DNA of 44,172 nt from Candidatus Gottesmanbacteria bacterium (GTDB lineage Bacteria; Patescibacteriota; Microgenomatia; 2-02-FULL-39-11): positions 670,771 through 714,942 of the forward strand of contig JACPKY010000002.1 in assembly GCA_016186795.1 (NCBI GenBank), in the 5' to 3' direction. Positions 9,981 to 21,200 of this stretch are shown piece after piece. How positions within the stretch are numbered: position 1 is the stretch's first letter; the number at the start of each line of letters is the position of its first letter. Both the position numbers and the translations under genes were made by a program. The notes beneath the pieces are model-generated. The model saw only the letters and a program-made list of their open reading frames with translations, searched no databases and was not told where the DNA came from.

Positions 9981-11165
9981 TTACTTGATAATTTTCGTGA
10001 TGACACCGGCACCTACTGTATGTCCACCTTCACGAACCGCAAATCGCTGCCCTTCCTCAAGCGCCACCGGTACAATAAGTTTAATAGTCATTTTAATATC
10101 ATCTCCGGGCATCACCATTTCTACACCGGAGGGAAGGGCTGCTTCACCGGTGACATCTGTTGTTCGAATATAGAACTGCGGTCTGTACCCAGTGAAAAAT
10201 GGTGTATGTCGGCCACCCTCTTCCTTCGTAAGGATATAAATTTGTGCCTCAAATTCAGTATGAGGAGTAATTGATCCGGGTTTTGCAACAACCTGTCCAC
10301 GTTCAACCTGATTTTTTTCAAGACCTCTTATGAGAAGACCGACATTATCACCTGCTATCGCATCGCTTAATGTTTTTCTGAACATCTCAATTCCGGTTAT
10401 AACGGATTTCTGTGTTGGTTTGATCCCAACAATTTCAATCTCATCATTCACGTTAAGTTTTCCTCTTTCTACTCTTCCTGTAACCACTGTCCCTCTCCCT
10501 TTAATAGAAAATACATCCTCAACGGGCATAAGGAATGGTTTTTCTGTGTCTCTTGTCGGAGTTGGCACGTATTCATCAACTTGCTTCATCAATTCCTCAA
10601 TCGATTTTATCCCTTCACTATCTCCTTGAAGTGCCTTTAGAGCGCTCCCCCGAATGATTGGAATTTTATCTCCTGGGAAATTGTATTTTGTGAGAAGTTC
10701 ACGAACTTCAAGTTCAACAAGATCTAACAGTTCCTTATCAGAAACCATGTCTACTTTATTTAAGAAAACGACGATTGCGGGAACATTTACTTGTTTTGCG
10801 AGAAGAATATGTTCTCGGGTCTGAGGCATCGGACCATCTGGGGCTGAAACGACAAGAATTGCTCCATCCATCTGTGCTGCCCCAGTTATCATATTTTTGA
10901 TATAATCTGCATGCCCTGGAGCATCAATGTGCGCGTAATGTCTCTTTTCTGTTTCATACTCTGAGTGATGGATGTTAATTGTGACTCCACGAGCTTTCTC
11001 TTCTGGGGCGTTATCAATTTCTTCATATTTGAGGGCTTTTGCAAAACCTTTTTGTGCAAGAACATGCGTAATTGCTGAAGTTAACGTCGTCTTTCCATGA
11101 TCAACATGACCAATGGTTCCGATGTTAATATGAGGTTTCGTCCTTTGGAAAACACCTGTTGCCAT
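9981..11165 (-). CDS. tuf: Elongation factor Tu
   Basis: [17 protein letters not shown] and NKVD motifs; ATG at 11165 preceded by SD AAGGAG (11171-11176). Confidence 0.99.
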   Translation of the reverse strand: MATGVFQRTKPHINIGTIGHVDHGKTTLTSAITHVLAQKGFAKALKYEEIDNAPEEKARGVTINIHHSEYETEKRHYAHIDAPGHADYIKNMITGAAQMDGAILVVSAPDGPMPQTREHILLAKQVNVPAIVVFLNKVDMVSDKELLDLVELEVRELLTKYNFPGDKIPIIRGSALKALQGDSEGIKSIEELMKQVDEYVPTPTRDTEKPFLMPVEDVFSIKGRGTVVTGRVERGKLNVNDEIEIVGIKPTQKSVITGIEMFRKTLSDAIAGDNVGLLIRGLEKNQVERGQVVAKPGSITPHTEFEAQIYILTKEEGGRHTPFFTGYRPQFYIRTTDVTGEAALPSGVEMVMPGDDIKMTIKLIVPVALEEGQRFAVREGGHTVGAGVITKIIK

Positions 11166-11229
11166 ATTTACTCCTTTCGAGTTATTCAATAAAAAAAATA
11201 TTTCCCAAATGCAAAATTGGGCAAAGGAA

Positions 11230-11258
11230 ATTATACAATATCAGTATCTTATGCGCAA
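11230..11258 (-). promoter_or_regulatory. Sigma70-type internal promoter for tuf
   Basis: Minus strand TTGCGC-17 nt-TATAAT in the fusA-tuf spacer. Confidence 0.7.
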
Positions 11259-11286
11259 GAGGCTTGTTTGGAAAGATATTTCTGGA

Positions 11287-13392
11287 CTAAGAAACAGTCT
11301 TTGATACTATTTTTTCAGTTATGTTTTTGGGAACTTCTTCATAGTGAGAAGGCTCCATATAGTATGCTGCTCTTCCTTGTGAGAGGGAACGAAGTGTTGT
11401 TGCATATCCCGAAAGCTCGGCAAGCGGTACCATTGCAAGAATGACAGAGACATGACCTCTCTTATCTGTTCCCAAAATTTGTGCTCGTTTACTCGATAAG
11501 TCTCCAATCACGGTCCCCATAAATTCATCTGGCGTTGTCACCTCAACTTTCATAATTGGCTCAAGAAGAACAAGTCCCGCTTGTTTTGTAGCTGCTTGAA
11601 GCGCCATACTTCCTGCGATCTTAAATGCGATATCAGACGAATCAACATCATGGTATGTTCCGTCATAAAGTATCACCTTTAAATCCACAAGAGGAAAGCC
11701 GGCAAGAATTCCTTTTTCTGCTGCCTCTTTGACACCTTTCTCAACTGAAGGAATAAACTCATTTGGAATTGCTCCACCTTTGATTGCATCAACAAATTCT
11801 AATCCTTCACCACGACCTACCGGCTCAACCCGCAAGAAACAGTGTCCGTATTGACCCCGACCACCAGTCTGTTTTATATATCTTCCTTCTCCTTCAGCCT
11901 TTGCGGCAATTGTCTCTTTATATGCAACTTGGGGTGCGCCAACATTAGCGTCTACTTTAAATTCACGGCGCATCCGATCAACCAAAACATCGAGATGGAG
12001 TTCTCCCATGCCCCAAATGATTGTTTGACCGGTTTCGTGATTGGCTTTTACCCGAAATGTAGGATCTTCCTCGGATAATCTTTGCAGTGCAAGGCCCATT
12101 TTTTCCTGATCTGACTTTGTCTTTGGTTCAATAGCAAGAGAAATAACTGGCTCTGGAAAAGTAATTTTCTCCAAAACAATAGGATGCGACGGATCGCAAA
12201 GCGTATCTCCGGTACCGGTATCTTTAAATCCAACAACTGCAACAATCTCTCCTGCATACGCCTCTTGAACCTCCTCACGTTCATTTGCATGCATGAGAAG
12301 AATTCTCCCTATTCTCTCCTGTTGGTCTTTAGTTGCGTTGAATGTGTATGATCCAGAGGTTATCTTCCCGGAATAAATACGTATGTAGGTTAGTTTCCCA
12401 ACATGAGGATCAAGCTGAATTTTGAAGGCCAGTGCTGAAAATGGAGCATCAGAGTTTGTTGGTCGCTCTTCCTCACCGCCTGTTTTCTCATTCACTCCCT
12501 TAATTGATGCGATATCAAGTGGAGATGGTAGATAATCGACAATTGCATCAAGGAGAGGTTGAACACCTTTATTTCGAAGTGATGTTCCACAAAAAATCGG
12601 GACGAGTTTATAAGCGATGGTTGCCTTCCTGAGAGCTTTTTTTAACTCTTCAAGTGTTGGCTCATATCCACCGAGATATTTTTCTAAAAGTGTATCATCC
12701 TTTTCACAAATCTGTTCTACAAGAAGATGTCTATATTTTTTAACATCCTCTTCCATCTCTTTTGGAATCTCATCTTTGACGTCATACTTCGCTCCTAATT
12801 CTTCACCTGACCATATGAAGCTTTTCATCTCAAGTAAATCAACGCACCCTACAAATGAAGATTCGCTCCCAATGGGAAGCATTATTATCGCTGGATGTGC
12901 ACCAAGTCTCTCCTTAATCATTCCCACAGTTCTTAAGAAATTTGCTCCCAGTTTATCCATTTTATTGATAAAACATACACGCGGAACATTGTATTTATCA
13001 GCTTGATGCCACACAGTCTCTGATTGTGATTGCACACCTTCCTCTGCATCAAGAACTGTTACTCCTCCATCAAGTACTCGAAGAGACCTTTCAACCTCTG
13101 CTGTGAAATCCACATGTCCAGGTGTATCAATAATATTAATTCGGACGTCTTTCCAGAAAGTAGTAGTTGCAGCTGATGTAATTGTGATCCCTCGCTCTTT
13201 CTCTTGAGGCATCCAATCCATTTGTGTCGTTCCTTCATCGATATCTCCGATTTTGTATGTTTTACCAGTATAATAGAGGATTCGCTCCGTCGTTGTCGTT
13301 TTTCCTGCATCAATATGGGCAATAATACCGATATTACGGATTTTATCTTGAGGAACATTCCGATTTTTCGTAATAGTTATATTTGCTGGCAT
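11287..13392 (-). CDS. fusA: Elongation factor G
   Basis: [27 protein letters not shown] and GMGELHL motifs; ATG at 13392 preferred. Confidence 0.99.
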   Translation of the reverse strand: MPANITITKNRNVPQDKIRNIGIIAHIDAGKTTTTERILYYTGKTYKIGDIDEGTTQMDWMPQEKERGITITSAATTTFWKDVRINIIDTPGHVDFTAEVERSLRVLDGGVTVLDAEEGVQSQSETVWHQADKYNVPRVCFINKMDKLGANFLRTVGMIKERLGAHPAIIMLPIGSESSFVGCVDLLEMKSFIWSGEELGAKYDVKDEIPKEMEEDVKKYRHLLVEQICEKDDTLLEKYLGGYEPTLEELKKALRKATIAYKLVPIFCGTSLRNKGVQPLLDAIVDYLPSPLDIASIKGVNEKTGGEEERPTNSDAPFSALAFKIQLDPHVGKLTYIRIYSGKITSGSYTFNATKDQQERIGRILLMHANEREEVQEAYAGEIVAVVGFKDTGTGDTLCDPSHPIVLEKITFPEPVISLAIEPKTKSDQEKMGLALQRLSEEDPTFRVKANHETGQTIIWGMGELHLDVLVDRMRREFKVDANVGAPQVAYKETIAAKAEGEGRYIKQTGGRGQYGHCFLRVEPVGRGEGLEFVDAIKGGAIPNEFIPSVEKGVKEAAEKGILAGFPLVDLKVILYDGTYHDVDSSDIAFKIAGSMALQAATKQAGLVLLEPIMKVEVTTPDEFMGTVIGDLSSKRAQILGTDKRGHVSVILAMVPLAELSGYATTLRSLSQGRAAYYMEPSHYEEVPKNITEKIVSKTVS

Positions 13393-13403
13393 AAAAACAA
13401 AAA

Positions 13404-13488
13404 TTTCCACTGCAACAATGAAACAATGCCACAATGGAAACGTTTCTTTCCTACCTTACATTACATTGCACTCATTGAATATTGGAAA
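13404..13488. repeat. Inverted array of short CAATG/CATTG repeats in the rpsG-fusA spacer
   Basis: CACTG/CAATG at 13408, 13416, 13424 and 13432 (exact 8-nt period), mirrored by CATTA/CATTG/CATTG/TATTG at 13459-13484 and closed by TTTCCA/TGGAAA. Confidence 0.65.
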
Positions 13489-13503
13489 AATGTAAAATTT
13501 CCT

Positions 13504-13980
13504 TTACCACCGGAAATGTGAAAACGCGCGATTCGCTTCTGCGTTTCTTTGCATAATTTCACGTTTGCGAATTGCCTCACCAAGATTATTATTTGCATCG
13601 ATAAATTCTGCAGCAAGTTTCTGCGCAAATGTATGGTACTGTTTATTTGACCGTTTATTTGCGGATTGAATAAGCCACCGGATTGCAAGCGACATCCTCC
13701 GTTCTCCCCGAACTTCAACGGGAACCTGATAGGAAGCTCCTCCTACTCGCCGTGGACGAACTTCTACTTTTGGGCTTACATTTTGAATTGCAGATTGGAA
13801 AATAGTCAACGGATCCATCTTTTTCTCTTTGATAAGAGTCAATGCGGTATAAACCTGTTTTTCAGCAACACTTTTTTTCCCATCTCTCATAACACGGTTA
13901 ATAAACCGCTGTAAAACTTTATTTCCATATAATGGGTCACCTTCAACGACTCTTTTTTTTGTTTTCCCTGACCGTGACAT
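13504..13980 (-). CDS. rpsG: 30S ribosomal protein uS7
   Basis: DGKKSVAE, RRVGGASYQVP and AEANRAFSHFRW motifs. Confidence 0.98.
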   Translation of the reverse strand: MSRSGKTKKRVVEGDPLYGNKVLQRFINRVMRDGKKSVAEKQVYTALTLIKEKKMDPLTIFQSAIQNVSPKVEVRPRRVGGASYQVPVEVRGERRMSLAIRWLIQSANKRSNKQYHTFAQKLAAEFIDANNNLGEAIRKREIMQRNAEANRAFSHFRW

Positions 13981-14009
13981 ATTTTGAGATTGAATGCGAA
14001 ATGCTCGTA

Positions 14010-14462
14010 TTATGCAGGAGGTGCGGCTGTCGGTACCTTTGCTCCACCTCCACCTCCACTTACTTTGGTACCGTACCTTGATCGTCCTTGTCGCCTCCCA
14101 CTCACTCCAGAGGTATCGAATTTCCCTCGAACTATATGGTATTTCACGCCCGGCAAATCTTTCACTCTTCCACCTCGTATAAGAACAATTGCATGCTCTG
14201 TCAACTCATGCCCGATTCCCGGAATATAGGCGGTAACTTCCTGTTTATTTGAGAGCCTTACTCTTGCAACCTTTCGAAGAGCCGAGTTTGGCTTTCTCGG
14301 CGTCATAGTTTTTACAAGAGTCACCACACCACGTTTAAACGACGAAGGAACAGTTTTCATCTGTCTATCTTTGGCATTAAAGTATTTTCGAAGAGCTGTT
14401 ACTTTGATCTTCTTCAGAATTCTCTTTCTTCCTTTTTTTACTAATTGATTGACTGTAGGCAT
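14010..14462 (-). CDS. rpsL: 30S ribosomal protein uS12
   Basis: [25 protein letters not shown] and [10 protein letters not shown] motifs; Gly/Pro/Ala-rich tail. Confidence 0.99.
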   Translation of the reverse strand: MPTVNQLVKKGRKRILKKIKVTALRKYFNAKDRQMKTVPSSFKRGVVTLVKTMTPRKPNSALRKVARVRLSNKQEVTAYIPGIGHELTEHAIVLIRGGRVKDLPGVKYHIVRGKFDTSGVSGRRQGRSRYGTKVSGGGGGAKVPTAAPPA

Positions 14463-14510
14463 ATGAAAAATATCTAGTGAATTTCCTCCTAAAAAATCTT
14501 AATGGGAAAA

Positions 14511-17500
14511 TTATGATTCAATCCGCGCCCGTTCGGAAATAACCGGAATGAGCCGGCCGATTATAACATTTTCCTTAAGACCCAACAAGTGATCTTCCTT
14601 CCCTTGCAAAGCGGTATCTGTCAAGACACTCGTAGTCTCCTGGAACGATGCAGCAGATAACCATGATTCTGTATATAATGCAGCTCTTGTAATGCCGAGA
14701 ATAACGACTTGAGCAGTTGCTGGCTCTCCACCTTCTGAAATAACTCGAGCGTTCTCCTCCTCAAAGTATCGCCTATCAACAAGTTCACCGGTTAAAAATA
14801 ACGTATCACCAGATGACTCAATCCGAACTTTGTCACTCATTTTCCGAATAATCACCTCAAAATGTTTATCGTGAATTGGAATACCCTGTGATTCGTACAC
14901 ACGCTGAATTTCTGCAAGTAAATACCTTTGTGCCCCAAGTAAACCACGAATTTGCAATACTTCCTTAATATCCAATGGACCGAATGTGATCGGATCCCCA
15001 GATGCAATAAGGTCACCAGTTTTTACACGTAATTCATAGGCTGCAGGGATGACATATTCTCTCTCTTCAATAGGTTTGATTCCAATACTTCGTACGGTTA
15101 CTGTATACCCATTTTCCGTTTCATCGATTTTCGCCTTTCCAGCAATTTCAGAAATTGGAGCATAGACTTTTGGAGTTCGTGCCTCGAATAATTCTTCCAC
15201 TCTTGGTAACCCTTGAGTAACATCAAGTCCAACAATTCCACCAGCATGACGGACACGCATTGTTAATTGGGTCCCTGGCTCTCCAATAGATTGCGCAGCA
15301 ACAATTCCAACGGGTGTTCCAATCTCTACAAATTTTTTACTTCCAAGATCGATTCCGTAACATGTCGCACACATACCATACTTCAGCTCACACGTCAGTG
15401 GAGACCGTACGGTAACTTTCCCAACATTTTTCAAAAGCGGAAGTTTATCCTCTGTAATAATATCCCCTCTTTTGAGGATGGCTTTCTTTCCTTTTTGCGG
15501 TAATACATCCTCTGCAATTACCCTTCCCATGACTCTTGTCACAAGAGGTGTTTGACGATCTTCTGAAGAAACAATCTCTATACCATTTTTCGTTCCGCAA
15601 TCTTCACTCCTTATAATAACATCATGCGCTACATCAACAAGTCTCCGTGTAAGATATCCTGCATCGGCAGTTTTTAACGCTGAATCTGTTAGTCCCTTCC
15701 TCGAACCACGAGTAGATGTGACGTATTCAAAAATAGATAAACCTTCCCGATAATTCGACTTTGTTGGTAACTCGACGATCTTTCCGAGTGGATCAACGAC
15801 AAGACCTTTAATTGCACAAAGCTGCTTTAACTGATCCTTTGACGCTCTTGCGCCTCCTGAATTAATAATGATCTTCACAGGATTTGCTTCATCCATTGCT
15901 TTCCATGTCGCATCTGCAAGTTGTTCTGTTACCTCAATCCATAATTCATTCTCAAGACGTTTTCGTTCCTCGTTTGTAATAAGTCCTTGACGGTAATTCT
16001 CTTCTACTTTCGTAACTTTTGTTTCGGTTTCGACAACCATCTTCTCTTTTTCAGGAATAATTATGTTATCAAAAACAGAAACAGACATTCCACCAGAAAG
16101 AGTCGCGCCCAAAAATCCAAAATCTTTGAATTTATCGATTAAGGAAGCAGTTTCTTCTTTTGAATACAGATCAAATACCCGTGTTAAGAGTTGTTTGATA
16201 GTTGCCGCTTTTACCGGTTCGTTAAAAAATCGTAAGTCTTCCGGAAGATTTTCATTAAAAAGTATTCGCCCAACACTTGTTGTAAGGACTTTCCCGGCAA
16301 TTCTTACCCGAATTGTTTGGCGTATATCAATCTTTCCTGACTGATAGGCGTATATCGCTTCTTTCTCATCGGCAAAAAGTTGCAATGTGTCCTCTTGAAT
16401 TTGTTCACCAGACTGACTTAATGTCGTGAGATAATAACACCCCAGTGCCATTTCTTTATTTGGAATCGTAATGGGTGATCCATCAGCAGGTTTTAAAAGG
16501 TTATTAACAGGAAGCATAAGGTCTTTTGCCTCTTTTTGAGCTGTTTCAGACAGTGGCACATGAACAGCCATTTGATCTCCGTCAAAGTCGGCATTATAAC
16601 CAGCGCAGACACATGGATGAATACGAATTGCTGCTCCTTCGATGAGAATCGGGAAAAATGCCTGGATACCAAGTTTATGAAGAGTTGGTGCCCGATTGAG
16701 AAATACAGGATGATTTTTCGTAATCTCCTCTAAAATATCAAATACTTGAGCCTGTTTCCTCTCTAAAATATTTTTTGCGCTTTTCACATTTGGTGCCAAC
16801 CCCCGAACAATAAGTTCACGAAGAACAAATGGCTTAAATAGCTCCAGTGCCATTTCTTTCGGAAGACCACACGTTGCAAGTGAAAGCTCTGGACCAACAA
16901 CAATAACAGATCTTCCAGAGTAATCGACGCGCTTACCGAGAAGATTTTGTCGAAATCTTCCCTGCTTCCCACGAAGCATATCAGAAAGGGATCGAAGTGG
17001 TGAGGATGTTACTGTCCTTCCAGTCGTCCTCTGGCTCGCATCAATAAGAGAATCAACAGCTTCTTGAAGCATTCTTTTTTCGTTTCGAAGGATAATTTCT
17101 GGAGCACCTAACTCAATGAGATGCTTTAACCTATTATTCCGATTAATTACTCTCCGGTAAAGATCGTTCAGATCGGACGTGGCAAACTTTCCTCCTGTCA
17201 ATTGTACCATCGGCCGAAGATCTGGAGGAATAACTGGAAGAATAGAAAGTATCATCCAAGATGGATCAACACCAGCTTTTTTCAATCCTTCGACAACTCG
17301 AAGTCTTTTTGCCACTTTTATCTTCCGAGGGCCAGAAAGTTCTTGAGCTTTCTTCCGAAGCTCAGCTGTGAGTTTTGAGAGGTCTAGTTTTTTCAAAACC
17401 GAAAGAATACACTCAGCGCCCATCCCTGCTTCAAAAAACGATTCCACGTCATATTCACGAAGTTTCAAAAATTCATCCTCAGAAATTATGGAGAGCGGTC

Positions 17501-18230
17501 GAAGTCTGGTGACCAAACTCGAAATTGTCGTAAATATTTCCTTTGCAGTTTCCTCAACCCGCTGGTTTTCTTCGGCAATAACAGTAATTTGCTGCTTTTT
17601 TTTGTAGGATAATTCCTCATATGCTAAATCTTGTGCTTCTTTATTTTTTATTTTCCCCTCTGTCTCCTTTTTCGCCCGAACAAATTCTTCCTCGATTTCT
17701 TTTATTTTCTGCTCCGCTTGTTTTACCCGTTCAGCTTTTCTTTTCTCAAATACTGCTTCAAGTTCAGCCTGCGCTTTCTTTTGAGCATTTTTGTCTACAT
17801 CAATCACTAGATACGAAGCAAAATAAATAACATTTTCCAAAGATTTTGGAGCTAGGTCAAGAAGAAGTGAAAGTTTAGATGGGGAACCCTTAAAAAACCA
17901 GACATGGGACACGGGGGCGGCAAGTTTAATATGCCCCATTCTTTCACGACGCACTTTACTTTGAGTGACTTCAACACCACATTTGTCACAAATAATTCCG
18001 CGGTATCGAATTCGCTTATATTTACCACAATAACATTCCCAGTCCTTTGTCGGACCAAAAATTCTTTCATCGAATAACCCGTCTTTTTCTGGTTTTAATG
18101 TCCGGTAGTTAATTGTTTCTGGCTTAGTGACCTCTCCATATGACCACAACAAGACGTCATCCGAAGATGCAAGGGTTAGTTTCAACCCCGAAAAGTCAAC
18201 GATCTGGCCAAAATTTCCTTTTTTATCCAT
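14511..18230 (-). CDS. rpoC: RNA polymerase beta' subunit
   Basis: Zn ribbon CYCGKY...CDKC, GKRVDYSGRSVI and NADFDGD motifs; SD GAGGAG. Confidence 0.99.
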   Translation of the reverse strand: MDKKGNFGQIVDFSGLKLTLASSDDVLLWSYGEVTKPETINYRTLKPEKDGLFDERIFGPTKDWECYCGKYKRIRYRGIICDKCGVEVTQSKVRRERMGHIKLAAPVSHVWFFKGSPSKLSLLLDLAPKSLENVIYFASYLVIDVDKNAQKKAQAELEAVFEKRKAERVKQAEQKIKEIEEEFVRAKKETEGKIKNKEAQDLAYEELSYKKKQQITVIAEENQRVEETAKEIFTTISSLVTRLRPLSIISEDEFLKLREYDVESFFEAGMGAECILSVLKKLDLSKLTAELRKKAQELSGPRKIKVAKRLRVVEGLKKAGVDPSWMILSILPVIPPDLRPMVQLTGGKFATSDLNDLYRRVINRNNRLKHLIELGAPEIILRNEKRMLQEAVDSLIDASQRTTGRTVTSSPLRSLSDMLRGKQGRFRQNLLGKRVDYSGRSVIVVGPELSLATCGLPKEMALELFKPFVLRELIVRGLAPNVKSAKNILERKQAQVFDILEEITKNHPVFLNRAPTLHKLGIQAFFPILIEGAAIRIHPCVCAGYNADFDGDQMAVHVPLSETAQKEAKDLMLPVNNLLKPADGSPITIPNKEMALGCYYLTTLSQSGEQIQEDTLQLFADEKEAIYAYQSGKIDIRQTIRVRIAGKVLTTSVGRILFNENLPEDLRFFNEPVKAATIKQLLTRVFDLYSKEETASLIDKFKDFGFLGATLSGGMSVSVFDNIIIPEKEKMVVETETKVTKVEENYRQGLITNEERKRLENELWIEVTEQLADATWKAMDEANPVKIIINSGGARASKDQLKQLCAIKGLVVDPLGKIVELPTKSNYREGLSIFEYVTSTRGSRKGLTDSALKTADAGYLTRRLVDVAHDVIIRSEDCGTKNGIEIVSSEDRQTPLVTRVMGRVIAEDVLPQKGKKAILKRGDIITEDKLPLLKNVGKVTVRSPLTCELKYGMCATCYGIDLGSKKFVEIGTPVGIVAAQSIGEPGTQLTMRVRHAGGIVGLDVTQGLPRVEELFEARTPKVYAPISEIAGKAKIDETENGYTVTVRSIGIKPIEEREYVIPAAYELRVKTGDLIASGDPITFGPLDIKEVLQIRGLLGAQRYLLAEIQRVYESQGIPIHDKHFEVIIRKMSDKVRIESSGDTLFLTGELVDRRYFEEENARVISEGGEPATAQVVILGITRAALYTESWLSAASFQETTSVLTDTALQGKEDHLLGLKENVIIGRLIPVISERARIES

Positions 18231-18241
18231 ACACTCTCCTC

Positions 18242-21200
18242 TTACGACTCTTCCTCCTCAATAACTTTTTCTCCAGAGGCTTCTGCAAGATCGTGAGCTT
18301 GTTTCTCAACTTTTTCCTCCTCTATAGCTTCCTGATCGGCCATCTGAGCAACACTTTTTTGTGATGCGGTTACCACTCCAGTTGGAATTACATTAAGACC
18401 TAACGATTGCAATTCTTTTACAAGAACTTTAAATGACTCAGGAATAGTGGAGGCTGGAATATCTGCCCCCTTCACAATTGCTTCAAAAGCCCGAGCTCGA
18501 CCAATCACATCGTCAGATTTGATCGTTAACATTTCTTGTAACGTGTTTGCGGCCCGGTGTGCTTCAAGTGCCCATACTTCCATCTCTCCAAGCCTTTGCC
18601 CTCCCATCTGTGCCTTTCCACCAAGAGGTTGCTGTGTAACTAGGGAATATGGACCAGTGGAACGTGCGTGCGTCTTATCTTCTACCATGTGAATGAGCTT
18701 CATAATGTATCCTGTTCCTACAACGACACGTTCCTTTAACGGTTGTCCAGATCTCCCATCATAAAGCGTTGCTTTTCCTGAAGAAGAGGGAGAATGTTTA
18801 TCAAGTTCCGAAATAATATTCTGTTCTGAAATTCGCTCAAAAACCGGTACCGCCACCTTATAATTTCCCCATGTTGCAGCCCAACCTAAATGAGCTTCAA
18901 GGAGTTGTCCGAGATTCATACGGGAAAGAACTGAAAGAGGTGAAATGATAACGTCAACAGGTGTTCCATCCTCAAGATATGGCATATCTGCAGCTGGAAC
19001 AATTTTACTAATGACACCCTTATTACCATGCCGACCAGCAAGCTTATCTCCAACGACAACTTTTCGTATTTGAGCCACTTTTACGATAATCTTTTTGATT
19101 GTCCCTGGTTGCAGTTCATCTCCACTTTCTCTATCAAGAATTTTTACTTCCACAACCACCCCTTTCTCACCGTGAGGCATTCGCAGAGATGTATCTCGGA
19201 CTTCTCGTGCTTTCTCTCCAAAGATAGCCCGAAGTAATCTTTCTTCCGCTGTTAACTCAGTCTCGCCCTTTGGCGCAATTTTGCCGACAAGAATATCATT
19301 TGGATTTACTTCTGCTCCAATGACAACAATTCCTCTTTCATCCAGATTTGCTAAAGCTTCCTCCCCAACGTTTGGAATATCTCGTGTCGTTTCTTCAGGT
19401 CCAAGTTTTGTATCAACAACCTCAGTTTCATATTCTTCTATGCTAATTGAAGTAAGGAGATCCTTCTGCACAAGTTTATCTGAAATAACAATTGCATCTT
19501 CATATCCCAACCCATCAAATGAACAATAAGCAATCGTCAAGTTTTGACCAAGTGCAAGCTCGCCATGTTCTGTTGCCGGAGCATCAATAAGAGGACGTCC
19601 TTTTTCTACTTTTTCATTCAATGAAACGAGAGGTCTTTGGGAAAAACACGTATTTTGTGACGTTCTTTTGAATTTTTCAATTTTATACGTATTTTCTTTA
19701 CCATTTTTTCCTTTGAATGTAAGTTTTGTTGCATCTACATAGGTTATTTTTCCGTCATCAGGGGCAATAACTTCTCTCCTCAATGCTTCGGGAATGACAT
19801 GCTCCATTCCCGTTCCCACCACAGGAGAAGCAGGTTGAATCAGAGGAACCGCCTGGCACTGCATATGCGTACCCATAAGCGCTCTATTTGCTTCATCATG
19901 CGCAAGGAATGGAATAAGTGACGCAGACACCCCTACTACTTGACGTGGAACAACATCCATATACGTAACATTATCTGCTTCAGTTTCGATAAATTCCCCT
20001 TTGTAACGGGCAGGTACTCTTTTATCTTTCATGTACCCATTATCATCGAGAGGAATATCTGCATGAGTGATGTAATATTTTTGTTCATCATCTGCCGTAA
20101 GATAAACAATTTCTTGTGTTGCTTTTGGTTTCCGTGTTTTCGTCTCCTTGGCAACTTTTCTATACGGAGCTTCAAGAAAACCAAATTCATTTACTTTTGC
20201 GTAAAGTGCCATGTATGTGACGAGACCGATATTCGGACCTTCTGGACTTCTGACAGGACAGATTCTACTATACTGAGAAGCATTGATATCGCGAATGGAA
20301 AATGAGGCACGTTCTCTGGAAATTCCTCCTGCTCCCATAACAGTTAACCTTCGAAGATTATCAATCTCGGCAAGAGGATTTGTTTGATCAAGTATAGTGG
20401 AAAGTTGACTCGTTCTGAAAAAATCATTGATAGCAGCAATAATCGGCCGTGCATTAATTACTTGCGACGGAGTAATCTCAATTTGAGTTCCTGCCAAACT
20501 CATCCGTTCACGGATTGACCTCTCAAGTCGAGAAAGTCCAATTTTAAATGCGTTCGTTGCAACAAGTTCACCGACTCGACGGATCCTTCTATTTCCCATG
20601 TGGTCAATATCATCTCGATCGCCTTTCCCAAATGTCAGGTTGATCAGATACTTCATAATTCCAATAAAATCTTCTTTTGTAAGGATCCAATTCTCCTTCT
20701 CTGTTGAAAGGGCAAGACCTAATTTTTTATTGATCTTATAGCGACCAACCGCACCCATGCTGTACCGTCTTGGATTAAAAAAGAGAGAATTCAATAGCTC
20801 TTGTGCGTTTTCAACAACTGCTGGTTCTCCAGGTCGCATTTTCCGGTATATTTCAATAAGTGCTTCTTCTTTTGTCTTCGTGGGATCTTTTTCAATAGTA
20901 TTTGCGATATACGGTAGTTGTTTCTCGGTACCAGCAAAAATCGCCAGTAGTTCTTCGTCGGTTTCAATACCAACCGCTCGAAGTAGTGTTGTTGCCGAAT
21001 ATTTTCTTCTTCTATCAATTCTTACTGTAATAACGTCGTTTCGAGAAATTGAGAAATCAAGCCATGATCCGAAAAGTGGACGAACTTCAGCTACATAGAG
21101 TACTTTTCCAATCACGGGATCAATATCTCCGGTAAAATACACGCCAGGAGACCGAACAATTTGGTTCACAATACATCGTTCAACACCGTTAATAATAAAC

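Noticed and set aside
14485-14490. Perfect AGGAGG in the rpoC-rpsL spacer
   Set aside because: It lies 22 nt from the rpsL ATG with no start codon at normal spacing, so function cannot be supported.
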